Positions 28,873-38,971 of a stretch of 64,000 nt of DNA are shown here, in pieces. Within the stretch, counting starts at the first letter, position 1; each line of letters starts with the position of its first letter. This DNA comes from Euryarchaeota archaeon RBG_16_67_27 (GTDB taxonomy: Archaea > Thermoplasmatota > Thermoplasmata > RBG-16-68-12): the NCBI GenBank assembly GCA_001800745.1, contig MGVZ01000029.1:9133-73132 (forward strand), given 5' to 3'. The notes beneath the pieces are model-generated. The model did no database searches. It worked only from the letters and a program-made list of their open reading frames with translations, and was not told the origin of the DNA. Both the position numbers and the translations under genes were made by a program.

Positions 28873-31800
28873 AAGAAATCGTCAAGCTTGAGCGCCTGGA
28901 CCTTCTCGTTCGTGAAGAGGGATGTGATCGCCTCCTCGACGAGGCCGATCCGCTGCCGCAGGTAGTTCGAAACGTCGTACTGCTGCGTGATCTTCTTCGT
29001 GACCTCGAGGTACTTCTTCACGGAGCTCTCGTGGACGGTCAGCGTGAGGTTCCCCCCGCACGACGGGCAGCGGCCGCGGAGCGGGATCCGGCGGTACTTC
29101 TCCCCGCACTTCGTGCACCGGACCTGCTGGCTCGAGAACGCCTTCAGGTTCCCGATGAGGTCGGGGAGGAAGTGGTGCACGACGATGCGCGAGACGACGT
29201 CGTTCGCGTCCACCGCGCGGATCTTTAGGGCGAGCTCGAGCTGCTTGTCCATCTTCTCGATCATGGAGCCCTCGACGTAGGCGGATTCGAGCGGCCCCGC
29301 GGCCACGTCCGTGGTCTCCGTCGTGTAGCCGAACCCCTCGTACTGGAGGACGCTCCCGATCCGCCGGCCGACGGTGTCGACGAGCGGCTCGACCTCCTTC
29401 GGGTGCGCGAAGCGCTCCGCGCCCTCGTAGAGCGCGAGCGGGTACACGGGCGAGAGGTCGAGGTTGTGCGCCTCCTTGTCGATCTCGTTCGGGTCGATCT
29501 GCAGCGTGAGGACGAGGGGCGCGTCCATGAGCCCGCCCCGCTTCGCCGGCAGGAACGACCGGGAGAAGTTGACGAGGCTGTCGAGCAGGAGGATCACGGA
29601 GTCCTCGTCCCCGTCGCAGTTCCGGCGACGCGCCGCGATCAGGTACGGGTGTGCGAAGCATGCGCGGGCCTTCGTGAAACCGACGATCCGCGCGAGGACG
29701 CCTCCGCTCGTGTGCGGGGCGAGGGTGAGAACGAGGTGGCCGAGGAGGTCCTCCCGGCTCGACGCGCGGTAGAACCGCGGGAGGCCGTACACCTTCTCCA
29801 GGAGATCGTCGACGAAAGCGGCGACGTGGACGAGGTAGTCCCCGCACGATTCCGCGACGAGGATGTCCTGCGTCCGGAGCTCGAGGACCTGGTCGTCCCG
29901 TTCGAGGGGGGCGCCGCGGGCGTCCCTCCCGTACCCGAGGCGCCGCGCGGTCGCGACCGAGATTTCCGCCTCCCGGGGAGTCACGTGGGTCAGGGGCAGG
30001 TTCGTCATGTCGTACCGCGTCGTCCCGTCCTTGAACACGAAAATCCCGTGCTTCGCTCGGAGGATGCCCTTCTCGAGCGGCTCCGGCGTCTTCGTCTTCG
30101 AAATCATCCCCTGGACCGCCTTGATCTCCGAGGGCATCGGCTCCCCTAGGCTCTCGAGCGCGATGCGGAGGACGTCCGCGATCGGGATTCGCTGCCGCGC
30201 GGGACCGTTCCGCGCGACGGTATGTCCGCCGCAGGAGCACCGCGGGAGGAACCAGCGCTTCCCGCACGCGGTGCAGATCCGGAGGCCGACCTCGACCTCG
30301 AGGACGTCCCGCTTCGCCGCCTCCGTGAGAAGGCGCTGGGGGCCTCCCTCGAGCCCGATCGGGAACAGGGAGTGGGGCGCGGGCTGCATCTTCCGGGGCG
30401 CCGCTTTCTCGGGCCGAGCCATCCGGGCGCCGATGCGCGTCGGGCCCCTTGCCTTCACGGGGAAGCCCGCGAGGCTCGAGACGAACGCGAGCGGGTCCGC
30501 GTCCTCGGGTGCGCCGCGGGCCTGGAGCCCGTCCCGCGTCCGCTCGATCCCGAGGCACGCCAGGAACGCCTCCGTGTGCCGGTCGAGGACGAGCCGGTCT
30601 TCCCGGACCCCGTGCGTCGCGCCCAGCCGCACGAGGAGCTCCTTCAATTCCTCGTCCCGTCGAAGGGACAGACGTCCCTCGTCGAGGCGGCCATCGTCCA
30701 CGGTCGCCTGCCGGAGCCGCTTGAGCTCCTCGACCGTGAGGTCGTGCCAGAACAGGTTGTACCGCGGATGGAGAGGCACCTGGAGATCCCGCGACCATGC
30801 GAGCGCCTGCTCCGGGGTCGTGGACTCCCAGCCCCGCGGCCGGGTCCCGAGCTTCGCCTCCAGGATCTGCCCGTACCATTCGAGGGAGAACGCGCCGGGG
30901 ACGAGGAGGTGGTTGTTCTCCAAGAACTCCCCGAAGGGGATGAGGATCTCCCCGAGGTCCGCGATCACACGCACGGACGGCCCGAGCCGCTTCGCCATGG
31001 CGACGTCGGACACCTCGACGAAGTCCCCGGAGTCCAGGACGACGAGGGGACCCTCGATCCGGTCGCACGGAGTGACGGCGCCCGCTTTCCCCGGGCGCTC
31101 CGTCTTGATCTGCGTGCCGACGGCGATGAAATCGTCGAGGATGTGCATCGTCGCGGGGTGGAGGGCGAGCGCCGCGAGCCCCGTCGCCCGCGTCCGTCCG
31201 TACCTGAGGCGGAGGCCGCCGGGGCGGCTCGGATGGCAGAGAACCGGCCGTCCGGCGACGATGTTCTGGATGAACTTCTCGCTCGGCTCGAGGCCGTGGT
31301 CTTCCGCCGCCTGGTCCGGGTGGTCGGCCTTCCCCTTCAGGTACGCGTCGAGGAACTCCCAGCCATCGATCCGGAGCTTCGAGACGTGCTTCTGGATCTT
31401 GGGCGCCTTGAGGCACATCCCGTCCGCGATCACGAGGCATGCGCCGCCGCGGATCCGGTTCGTCTCGATCCGCGGGAGGTCCCGGTGGCCGGAGATCTCC
31501 GCGTCCTCCGTGCCCTCGCCGTTCAGTCCCACAGGGCAGTTCGCGGCGATGAGCTCGATCTCGCCGTCCGTCGGCGTGTACTGGAGGTGCTGGATCTGCT
31601 TGTAGAGGGGGATCTCCTCCTTGAACCGCTCGACCTCCGGGCGCGTCGGCTGCCACCGCCCGATCCCGAGCTCCCGGCGCACGACGTCCGCGATGAGCAC
31701 GCTGAGCGCCTGCCCCGTCCCGCCCGCGGACCGGATCGGTCCCGCATAGAACAGGTCGACGTACGTCGAGCCGTCCGCGTTCCGCTTCACTTTGACGTCC

Positions 31801-32183
31801 GCGAGACCTTCGAGGGGTGCGACGAGGATCCCCTCCGTCAGGATCGCGAGGCCCACGCGGACCGCGCGTTCGACCGCACGTTCCCGGCTGGGCGCGGGCC
31901 GGCGAGCCATCTCCTTCGCGACCACGATCGCGAGTTCCTCCCGGTCATGTACCTTCGCGAGCTCCCGGATCCGCCGGGCGACGCCCTCGACGTCGTAGTC
32001 CTTCAGGAGCCGCTCGACGCGGGATGCGAGGTCCTCCGTGAGCGGCGTCTCCACGTCGAGCTCGGGGTCGAAGCCCTTCGCTCGCGCGGCCCGCGCAACC
32101 CGGTAGCATGCCTCGACGCCCTCCCGGAGGCCGTCGAAGTAGCGGCGGGCATCCTCGGAGACGACAACCGAACCCAATTCCAT
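28869..32183 (-). CDS. polC: DNA polymerase II (PolD) large subunit DP2, no intein
   Basis: YAGPIRSAGGT, RIGARMARPEKA, APHTSGG, RRNCDGDED, HFLPDLIGNL, C-terminal Zn finger and PIP-like LDDFF. Confidence 0.97.
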   Translation of the reverse strand: MELGSVVVSEDARRYFDGLREGVEACYRVARAARAKGFDPELDVETPLTEDLASRVERLLKDYDVEGVARRIRELAKVHDREELAIVVAKEMARRPAPSRERAVERAVRVGLAILTEGILVAPLEGLADVKVKRNADGSTYVDLFYAGPIRSAGGTGQALSVLIADVVRRELGIGRWQPTRPEVERFKEEIPLYKQIQHLQYTPTDGEIELIAANCPVGLNGEGTEDAEISGHRDLPRIETNRIRGGACLVIADGMCLKAPKIQKHVSKLRIDGWEFLDAYLKGKADHPDQAAEDHGLEPSEKFIQNIVAGRPVLCHPSRPGGLRLRYGRTRATGLAALALHPATMHILDDFIAVGTQIKTERPGKAGAVTPCDRIEGPLVVLDSGDFVEVSDVAMAKRLGPSVRVIADLGEILIPFGEFLENNHLLVPGAFSLEWYGQILEAKLGTRPRGWESTTPEQALAWSRDLQVPLHPRYNLFWHDLTVEELKRLRQATVDDGRLDEGRLSLRRDEELKELLVRLGATHGVREDRLVLDRHTEAFLACLGIERTRDGLQARGAPEDADPLAFVSSLAGFPVKARGPTRIGARMARPEKAAPRKMQPAPHSLFPIGLEGGPQRLLTEAAKRDVLEVEVGLRICTACGKRWFLPRCSCGGHTVARNGPARQRIPIADVLRIALESLGEPMPSEIKAVQGMISKTKTPEPLEKGILRAKHGIFVFKDGTTRYDMTNLPLTHVTPREAEISVATARRLGYGRDARGAPLERDDQVLELRTQDILVAESCGDYLVHVAAFVDDLLEKVYGLPRFYRASSREDLLGHLVLTLAPHTSGGVLARIVGFTKARACFAHPYLIAARRRNCDGDEDSVILLLDSLVNFSRSFLPAKRGGLMDAPLVLTLQIDPNEIDKEAHNLDLSPVYPLALYEGAERFAHPKEVEPLVDTVGRRIGSVLQYEGFGYTTETTDVAAGPLESAYVEGSMIEKMDKQLELALKIRAVDANDVVSRIVVHHFLPDLIGNLKAFSSQQVRCTKCGEKYRRIPLRGRCPSCGGNLTLTVHESSVKKYLEVTKKITQQYDVSNYLRQRIGLVEEAITSLFTNEKVQALKLDDFF

Positions 32184-32313
32184 CCCTTCGAGAAGGAGGC
32201 GGGCGGCCGTATCCGGCGCGCGGCGTATATGCCTTGCGTCCGCGCGAGTCGTGGTCTCGCGCAAATTCACGGACGAAGCTTTATTCTCGACGGGCGCGTC
32301 CTGCGGTCGAGAG

Positions 32314-32652
32314 ATGCTCGAGGTCCGGTCGCCCGAGGAGTTCCGGGAGCGCGTGCTCGAGTCGGATGCGCCCACGGTCGTCATGTTCTGGGCGACGTGG
32401 TGCCCGTTCTGCCGCCGGTTCAAGGTGGAGTTCGACCGCCTCGCGGAGCGGCTCCGCGCGGAGTTCGCGAGCGTCTACCTGGACGACTACGAGAGCCCGC
32501 TCTGGGAGGACTACGACGTGAGCGTCGTGCCCACCCTCGCCCTCTTCCGTGGCGGCGAGCTCGTCGATCGGGAGGATGGCGTCCTCGGGTACGGGATCGA
32601 CCGCGCCCGGGCCGAGGCGTTCGCCGCCCGCGTGGCCCCGCGCCTCCCGTGA
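32314..32652 (+). CDS. Thioredoxin family protein (WCPFC)
   Basis: FWATWCPFC, VVPTL. Confidence 0.9.
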   Translation: MLEVRSPEEFRERVLESDAPTVVMFWATWCPFCRRFKVEFDRLAERLRAEFASVYLDDYESPLWEDYDVSVVPTLALFRGGELVDREDGVLGYGIDRARAEAFAARVAPRLP

Positions 32653-32718
32653 CGTCTGCTCTCAACCCCGATTTTCAGGTCGCCACGTATTTAATGCGCC
32701 GTCCTCGATGGAAACGCC

Positions 32719-33585
32719 GTGCGCAAGCTGAAGAGCGGAATCTATGGACTCAACCCGCTCTTGGACGGAGGCGTGAACGAGAACTCGACGACCGTCGTCA
32801 TCGGCCGCAGCGGCGCGGGCAAGACGACGTTCGCCACCCAGTTCATCCGCCGCGGGCTCCAGGACGGCCAGGAGGGGATCTTCGTGAGCCTCGACGAGAA
32901 CAAGGAGCAGATCATCCGCGAGGCCGTGGAGATGGGGTGGTCGGACATCCTCGACTCCCTCGACGACGAGCTCCTCGTGTTCATCGATGCGTCCGGCCGG
33001 GAGTTCTCGAACTTCATCCGGAAGGAGCTCCCCGCGTTCGTCTCCGAATGGAAGGGGAGCAACGCGCGGATCGCGATCGATCCCCTCACGCCGGTGATGT
33101 GGTCCACGAAGGACCTGTACGAGCAGCGCGACCTGATCGGCTTCATGCTCAAGCAGACGCGGAAGGTCGGGACGGTGCTCTGCACCCTCGAGGAGCACGG
33201 GCAGGCGGATCTCGCGGGCGCAGAGACCGTGATCCCGATGTACCTCGCGGACTGCGTGATCCACCTGAGGCTTGACCACGACGAGTCCGCCCCCTCCCGC
33301 ACGCTGAAGATCATCAAGTGCCGGAACAGCCGCCACAGCCAGTCCCGGCATGCATACCAGATCACCCGGGGCTTCGGGATCATCCTGGAGGGCATCGAGA
33401 GGCGCAAGGTCGCGACCGCGAAGGTACCGAGCCAGCTCCGGCAGATGCTCCTCACCCGCGCCCTCCCGAAGTCCGTCCTCGAGCGGCTCGAGAAGGCGCT
33501 CGAAGGCCTGACGGACGAAGACTTCCGCACGCTGAAGCCGGAGGCGCTCCTCGACCTGATCCTCCAGGAGTACCAGGATGCCTGA
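32719..33585 (+). CDS. KaiC/RAD55-family RecA-superfamily ATPase
   Basis: SGIYGLNPLLDGG, GRSGAGKT, SLDE, IAIDP, IKCRNS. Confidence 0.9.
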   Translation: MRKLKSGIYGLNPLLDGGVNENSTTVVIGRSGAGKTTFATQFIRRGLQDGQEGIFVSLDENKEQIIREAVEMGWSDILDSLDDELLVFIDASGREFSNFIRKELPAFVSEWKGSNARIAIDPLTPVMWSTKDLYEQRDLIGFMLKQTRKVGTVLCTLEEHGQADLAGAETVIPMYLADCVIHLRLDHDESAPSRTLKIIKCRNSRHSQSRHAYQITRGFGIILEGIERRKVATAKVPSQLRQMLLTRALPKSVLERLEKALEGLTDEDFRTLKPEALLDLILQEYQDA

Positions 33586-34282
33586 GGGCGGCCGGCGGAT
33601 CGGTCGTGCGATGAGCGCGGCGCTCGCCCACGGCGACCCCGACGCGGGGCTCGACCTCGAAGGGCCGAGCCTCGCGAATGCGCGACGCCGACAGGTCTTC
33701 CGCTACCTGTGCATGCGCCCGTGCGCCCGCGTCGGGGAGATCGGACGGGCGCTCGTTCTGTCCCACGCGACGGTCCGGTGGCACGAGCGGAACCTCCTGG
33801 AGACCGGCTACCTCGAGGTCGACGGCGCCCTCGCGTTCCCCTCGGGCCTGATCGACCCCGCGGATGCGGAGCTCTTCCATCTCCTCACGACGCCGGCCCG
33901 CGACGCCGTTCTCCGAGCGTGCGTCGACGACCCGGGCGTTTCGTTCCAGGAGATCGGCGTCCGCGTCGGCCTGACGCGGCAGAGCGCGAGCAAGATCGCC
34001 GCGGAGCTCTCCGACGCAGGCCTCGTCGCCCTCGTCGAGGACGGCCGGTACCGGCGGATGTACCCCTCGGACGCCCTCGAGGCGAAGCGCGAGAGGAACC
34101 GGGCGCGGATCGCCGCGTTCGTCGACCGATTCCTCCGTCGGCTCGCGGACGACGGGCTTTCGCCGGAGCTCCTCCGCCGGGACGAGGCGACGCTCCTCGT
34201 GCGCCTGGGCGCGGGACCGCATTGGGTCGTGTTCGATGTGCCCCTCGACCCGTACCTCACGGGATGGGCCCCTCCCGCGTGA
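33578..34282 (+). CDS. Tandem winged-HTH transcriptional regulator
   Basis: Two wHTH-like units (RRQVFRYL..PCARVGEIG..HATVRWH; DPGVSFQEIG..TRQSASK..LSDAGLV); overlaps the ATPase stop. Confidence 0.78.
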   Translation: MPEGGRRIGRAMSAALAHGDPDAGLDLEGPSLANARRRQVFRYLCMRPCARVGEIGRALVLSHATVRWHERNLLETGYLEVDGALAFPSGLIDPADAELFHLLTTPARDAVLRACVDDPGVSFQEIGVRVGLTRQSASKIAAELSDAGLVALVEDGRYRRMYPSDALEAKRERNRARIAAFVDRFLRRLADDGLSPELLRRDEATLLVRLGAGPHWVVFDVPLDPYLTGWAPPA

Positions 34283-34366
34283 CCCGGACACGTTAACGGA
34301 TTCGCTAGCCGCCTTGATACGCGAGATATAACCCCCTTTAAGTAGGGCCCCAACGGCATCTGCGGA

Positions 34367-37300
34367 ATGGACGAGAGCTACCTCGAGTGGCTGGACGCGG
34401 CCGCGGGGCTCGGGCCGGAGAAGGCGCGGTGGATCGCCGCGCGGTTCCCGACCTTCGAGCACCTGCGTCACGCCACCCGCGAAGAGCTCGCGTCCGTCCG
34501 TGGCCTTGCCTCGGCCGACGTCGACCGCCTTCTCGAGCTTGCGCGCGGCGGCTCCGACCGGGACGAGGGGGGCCACCTCTTCCTTTGCCCGGAGTGCGGC
34601 TCGTTCGCTGGGGCGAACGCGGCGAACTGCCCCGTGTGTGGCGTCGCGTTCTCCGAGGAACCCGACGCCGCCCAGGCCGCGGACGCGATTGACAAATTCC
34701 TCGAAGAGGAGGAGCGACCCCGCCTCCTGTGCTCCTCGTGCGGGGCGGCGATGGCCTCCGGCGAGACGCGGTGCGGGATCTGCGGCCGCGCGTACACGAA
34801 GGAGGAGGCCGCGATCCTCCCGGGGCTGGACAGCTTCGTCCGGGAGACCGCCCCCCTCTGCCCCCATTGCGGCGCCTATCTGCCCGACGGGGCGACGGAC
34901 TGCACGATCTGCGGCCGCGCGCCCGCGGCCCCCCAGGAGGCCGCAGGGAGCGCACACAACGGCCACGGGATTACCCGCGGCTTCCTCGACCGCTGGCAGA
35001 AGGTCGCGGAGACCGCCGACCTCTCCCCTCAGGACCGGCTCACGGAGGAGCTCGCGTACTGCGAGCGCCTCCTCGAGGCGGACCCCGAGATCGAGCGGAC
35101 CTGGGTGAAGAAGGCCCGCATCCTCGAGGGGCTCGGCCGCCCGCGGGAGGCGGCGGACGCGCTCACCCGAGCCGCGCAGCTCAACCCCTCGAAGGAGGTC
35201 GAGTACCGTCTCGAGGTCCTGAACCTGCTCAAGGCCGCGGGGGACGCCTCCCCGGTCGTCGCGCGGTGGCCCGAGCAGCCCGAGGCGACGGCCCCGCCGC
35301 GCGAGGACGCCCGCCTCCTGGACACCTTGCACCACTACGAGGACCTGCTCCGAGTCGACCCGGACCTCACGGTCGCCTGGCGCACGAAAGGGGAGATCCT
35401 CCAGCGTCTCGGTCGTGACGAGGAGGCGCAGCGCGCGCTCGATCGCGCGGATACCGTCGAGGGCCGGGGGGACCGCGGCCTCCGGGATGCCGCCGAAGGA
35501 CTGCGGAGCCACGGGATCGAGGCGATCCCGCCGGTGGGCGCGGGCCGCACGAACGGCCGGGTGAACGGCCGCGTGAACGGTCGTGTGAACGGTCGTGTGA
35601 ACGGGCTCGCCGGAGGACGTATAAACGGTCTCACGAACGGCTTGACGAACGGCCTCACGAACGGCGCGGTGAACGGGCTTACGCTGGGTGTGGGGGCGAC
35701 GAACGGCCTCGATGGATGGACGGATCGCGGCGGGCGGACGAACGGCCTCGTGAACGGGAACGGCTTCACGAACGGACGGCGCGGACGCTACCCGGCGATG
35801 CGCGTCCGGGCGCAGCCCCACTGGGCCCGCTCCGTGGTCGGGATCGCCGCGGTCGTGGCCCTCATGGTCCTCGCCCCGGTCCTCGCGAGCCTCCTCTCCC
35901 CGACCCCCGTCCCGCCTGAAGGGATCCGGATCGACGGTCGGTTCGACGACTGGCGCGCCCTTGCCGCCTACGCGGACTCCCCGGCGGACCAGACCGCGAA
36001 CCCCGACGTGAACCTCCTCGAGATGAAGGTCGCCCCGACCGCGGACGGTCTCCTCGTGTACGCCCGGGTGCAGGGGATGCTGTTCCGAGGCGCGGGGACG
36101 AACGGCACGGACAGCCTGCACGTCTTGATCGACGAGGACGCCGATCCGACGACGGGCTACCCCTTGGGAGGGATCGGAGTCGACGTGCGTGCGGATGTCT
36201 ACGGCTGGTCCGACGCGATCTACGGGAGCGCGCTCAAGGCGTTCAACCGCTCCCAAGGCCCGACGTCGGAGGACTGGAACCGTTTCGACGTCTCCGGGAC
36301 GGTGTCCGCAGCCTCGCTCGGGCCTGAGGTCGAGCTCGCAATCCCGAGCCTCCGGGACCCCGAGCGCGCGAAGGTCCTCGTGTACCTCGCGGACAATCGC
36401 GGGCGTCGCGACCCGGCCGACGGCGTCGTCCGAGCGGATCGGCCGACCCTCGCGATCGACGAGCAGGGGGTCGCCCCTGAGGTCATCGTCGCGACAAACG
36501 CTCTCGTCCTGCGGGCCAGCCTCACGCCCATCGGCGGTGCGCCGAACGTCACGTCCGTCGACCTGGCGCGCCTCGGTTCCTCGACCGATCCCGCCACAAT
36601 TGTCGCCTACGCGGACGACGGCGACGGAACCTTCGACGCGGGGGATCCGGCCCTCGCGAGCGTCTCCCTCTCGGGCGCGACGGTCTCCCTGTCCGTCAAC
36701 CTCTCCCTGACGGCGCCCGCCCTCCTCTGGTTCGAGGCCCGGTGGACGGCGATGACGCCCGCCTCGACGTTCGGCCTGACGGTCCAGGGTCTCGGTACGA
36801 ACGGGACCTCCGACGTCCGGAGTTCCGAGCCCGTGCTCGCGTACCTCGCTGCGCCTCCCGCGGGTCTGGTCGTCGACGGGGCCTTCGGGGACTGGTCCGG
36901 CCGCGCGTACGGTCAGGACCTCATCGGCGACGTGGCGGACCCGCTGGGCGCGGTCATGTACGACGCGAACGTCGACCTCCTCGCGACCGCGACGGATCTC
37001 GGGGCGAACTTCACCGGGTACGCCCGGGTCGACGGCCGAATCCTCGGCGGGGAGGACATCCCGTCGCTCCGCGCCCGGTACGTGACCTCGACGACGATCG
37101 ATTCCGACCGCGACAGCGTCCCCGATTCCGTGGAGATCCTTCTGCCGAACCGGGACCTCCGGTTCGACTTCAACAACGACAACATCACGGACAACCGGAC
37201 CTCGGGGGACGTCGACGCGGACGGCATCCTCGATTACGGGGAGCCCGGCGGGACGGACCTGTGGCTGAACACGACGATCCCGGCCTGGTATCCGGCCCCC

Positions 37301-38971
37301 TTCGCGGGTGCTCCCGTGCGGCGGTACATCGGGCCGATCGCGCCGACCGTCCAGAAGGGCGTGGACGCGCTCTACGCCTACTTCGATGCGGACAACGCGA
37401 CTGCCACAGGCCTATGGTCCGATGTCGCCGGAAGGACGTACGGCTTCGACTACGCGATCGCGGTCGTCGGCCGGAACGGGATTGTCGAGTCAAGCGGTCT
37501 CTACGTATTCTCCCCGGGCGTCTCGATCCCCTGGGTCCCGATCGGTCCCGTCTCCGTCGGCCTCGACGCCCGCCGAATCGAGTTCGCCGCGAACGCGAGC
37601 GCCATGAATCTGAGCGCGGGGTATCGCGTCGTGTTCCACGCGGCAAACTGGCGGCTCGGGTACGACGCGGCTCTCCCGGACGCTGCACCAGCCGTCTTCC
37701 CCGTCTCCGCCCGGGCTGCAACCCACCTCCTAATCAACGAGGTGTGGCCCCAGCCCAACCCGGAAGCGTTCGAGATCGTGAATCCGACAGGGGCCGCGGT
37801 GTCCCTCTCCGGGTGGAACCTGGCCGCCAAGCGTGGCAACCTCATTATCGTGATCTACACGTTCACGACGGGGACGATTGGCGCCTGGGGCTCCGGTTCG
37901 GAGTACCTCCGCATTCTCCTGCCGACCAACTCGCTGCCGAACGGCAACCTGAAAATCATGCTCCGGCAGATGACAATCGTGATCGACGAGACGACATACT
38001 CCCAGAGCGTCGCGAACGGCCAGTCGTGGTCGAGGCTCAAGGACCCGATCACCGGTGTGCCGCTGGACACGGACAACGACGCCGCGAACTTCTACATCTC
38101 GCTGTCCCCGACCCCGGGCCGCCCGAACGACAGGCACAGTCCCCTCGTCGCGGTCGCGAAGACGGCGAGCCGGGCCGTCGCCGCGCCGGGCGAGACGATC
38201 ACATACTCCGTGTTCTACAACAACACCGGAACGGGGATGGCGAGCTTCGTGTGGGTGAACGACACTCTCCCCGCGGGCGTCGTGTACGTGTCCTCGAGCG
38301 TCCCCTATGCGACCCTCGCCGGCTCGACGTATGGTTGGCTCTTCACGAACGTGATGCCCGGGACGTCGAACGCCTTCAGCGTCACCGTCCAGGTAACCGC
38401 GGCCGCGAGCGACGGCCAGATTCTCGGGAACACCGTGAGCCTGGACTACTCGGACCAGCTCCGCCAGCCCCTGCCCCGGAGCCAGGCGTGGGCGAACACG
38501 ACCGTCTCCCGACCCGTGATCACGGTCGCCAAGACCGCGAGTCCTTCGACGGCGATCCCGGGGGACATCGTGACCTTCACGATCTACTACAACAACACGG
38601 GCTCCGCGCCCGCGGGGACACTCACGATCAAGGACGTCTTGCCGAGCGGGATGACGTATGTCGGGAGCAGCCCCTCGCCGACCTGGACCGACGGACGAAC
38701 CTTCTACTGGAACATGACCAACGTCGCGCCGGGCAGCCACAGTGTTACCCTGAGCGCACAGGTGGACGCCACGGCGAGCGGGTCGCAGCTCGTGAATTGG
38801 GTGTTCCTGAACTACACGACCACGGGCGGATACGCACTCGCGGGAAGCAGCGCTTCATCGGTCGTCGCGATCCCCGAGCTGTCGGACTTCGTCTTCGTCG
38901 TCGTGGTGCCCTTCCTCGTCCTCGGCCTGCGCAGGCGTTTCAAGGATCGGGAGGCGCGAGAGAGTGGCTGA
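34367..38971 (+). CDS. 1534-aa modular trans-envelope protein: HhH pair, 3 double Zn ribbons, TPR, NG repeats, TM, extracellular Ca-binding/lamin-tail/DUF11 domains, PEF-CTERM-like tail
   Basis: GLGPEKA..ATREELASVRGL; CPECG..CPVCG-type pairs; IDGRFDDW/VDGAFGDW; LLINEVWP..EIVNPT; two KTAS..PG...YNNTG units; IPELS + TM + RRRFK. Confidence 0.88.
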   Translation: MDESYLEWLDAAAGLGPEKARWIAARFPTFEHLRHATREELASVRGLASADVDRLLELARGGSDRDEGGHLFLCPECGSFAGANAANCPVCGVAFSEEPDAAQAADAIDKFLEEEERPRLLCSSCGAAMASGETRCGICGRAYTKEEAAILPGLDSFVRETAPLCPHCGAYLPDGATDCTICGRAPAAPQEAAGSAHNGHGITRGFLDRWQKVAETADLSPQDRLTEELAYCERLLEADPEIERTWVKKARILEGLGRPREAADALTRAAQLNPSKEVEYRLEVLNLLKAAGDASPVVARWPEQPEATAPPREDARLLDTLHHYEDLLRVDPDLTVAWRTKGEILQRLGRDEEAQRALDRADTVEGRGDRGLRDAAEGLRSHGIEAIPPVGAGRTNGRVNGRVNGRVNGRVNGLAGGRINGLTNGLTNGLTNGAVNGLTLGVGATNGLDGWTDRGGRTNGLVNGNGFTNGRRGRYPAMRVRAQPHWARSVVGIAAVVALMVLAPVLASLLSPTPVPPEGIRIDGRFDDWRALAAYADSPADQTANPDVNLLEMKVAPTADGLLVYARVQGMLFRGAGTNGTDSLHVLIDEDADPTTGYPLGGIGVDVRADVYGWSDAIYGSALKAFNRSQGPTSEDWNRFDVSGTVSAASLGPEVELAIPSLRDPERAKVLVYLADNRGRRDPADGVVRADRPTLAIDEQGVAPEVIVATNALVLRASLTPIGGAPNVTSVDLARLGSSTDPATIVAYADDGDGTFDAGDPALASVSLSGATVSLSVNLSLTAPALLWFEARWTAMTPASTFGLTVQGLGTNGTSDVRSSEPVLAYLAAPPAGLVVDGAFGDWSGRAYGQDLIGDVADPLGAVMYDANVDLLATATDLGANFTGYARVDGRILGGEDIPSLRARYVTSTTIDSDRDSVPDSVEILLPNRDLRFDFNNDNITDNRTSGDVDADGILDYGEPGGTDLWLNTTIPAWYPAPFAGAPVRRYIGPIAPTVQKGVDALYAYFDADNATATGLWSDVAGRTYGFDYAIAVVGRNGIVESSGLYVFSPGVSIPWVPIGPVSVGLDARRIEFAANASAMNLSAGYRVVFHAANWRLGYDAALPDAAPAVFPVSARAATHLLINEVWPQPNPEAFEIVNPTGAAVSLSGWNLAAKRGNLIIVIYTFTTGTIGAWGSGSEYLRILLPTNSLPNGNLKIMLRQMTIVIDETTYSQSVANGQSWSRLKDPITGVPLDTDNDAANFYISLSPTPGRPNDRHSPLVAVAKTASRAVAAPGETITYSVFYNNTGTGMASFVWVNDTLPAGVVYVSSSVPYATLAGSTYGWLFTNVMPGTSNAFSVTVQVTAAASDGQILGNTVSLDYSDQLRQPLPRSQAWANTTVSRPVITVAKTASPSTAIPGDIVTFTIYYNNTGSAPAGTLTIKDVLPSGMTYVGSSPSPTWTDGRTFYWNMTNVAPGSHSVTLSAQVDATASGSQLVNWVFLNYTTTGGYALAGSSASSVVAIPELSDFVFVVVVPFLVLGLRRRFKDREARESG
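35549..35778 (+). repeat. Coding 12-bp tandem repeat giving (NGRV)n/(NGLT)n
   Basis: GTGAACGG(C/T)CG and ACGAACGGC(C/T)T units, about 14 NG dipeptides. Confidence 0.85.

Noticed and set aside
28869-32183. Intein in PolD DP2
   Set aside because: The usual insertion site RRNCDGDED is uninterrupted and the length (about 1104 aa) is normal.
35549-35778. CRISPR array
   Set aside because: These are 12-bp in-frame coding repeats without spacers, and there are no cas genes.
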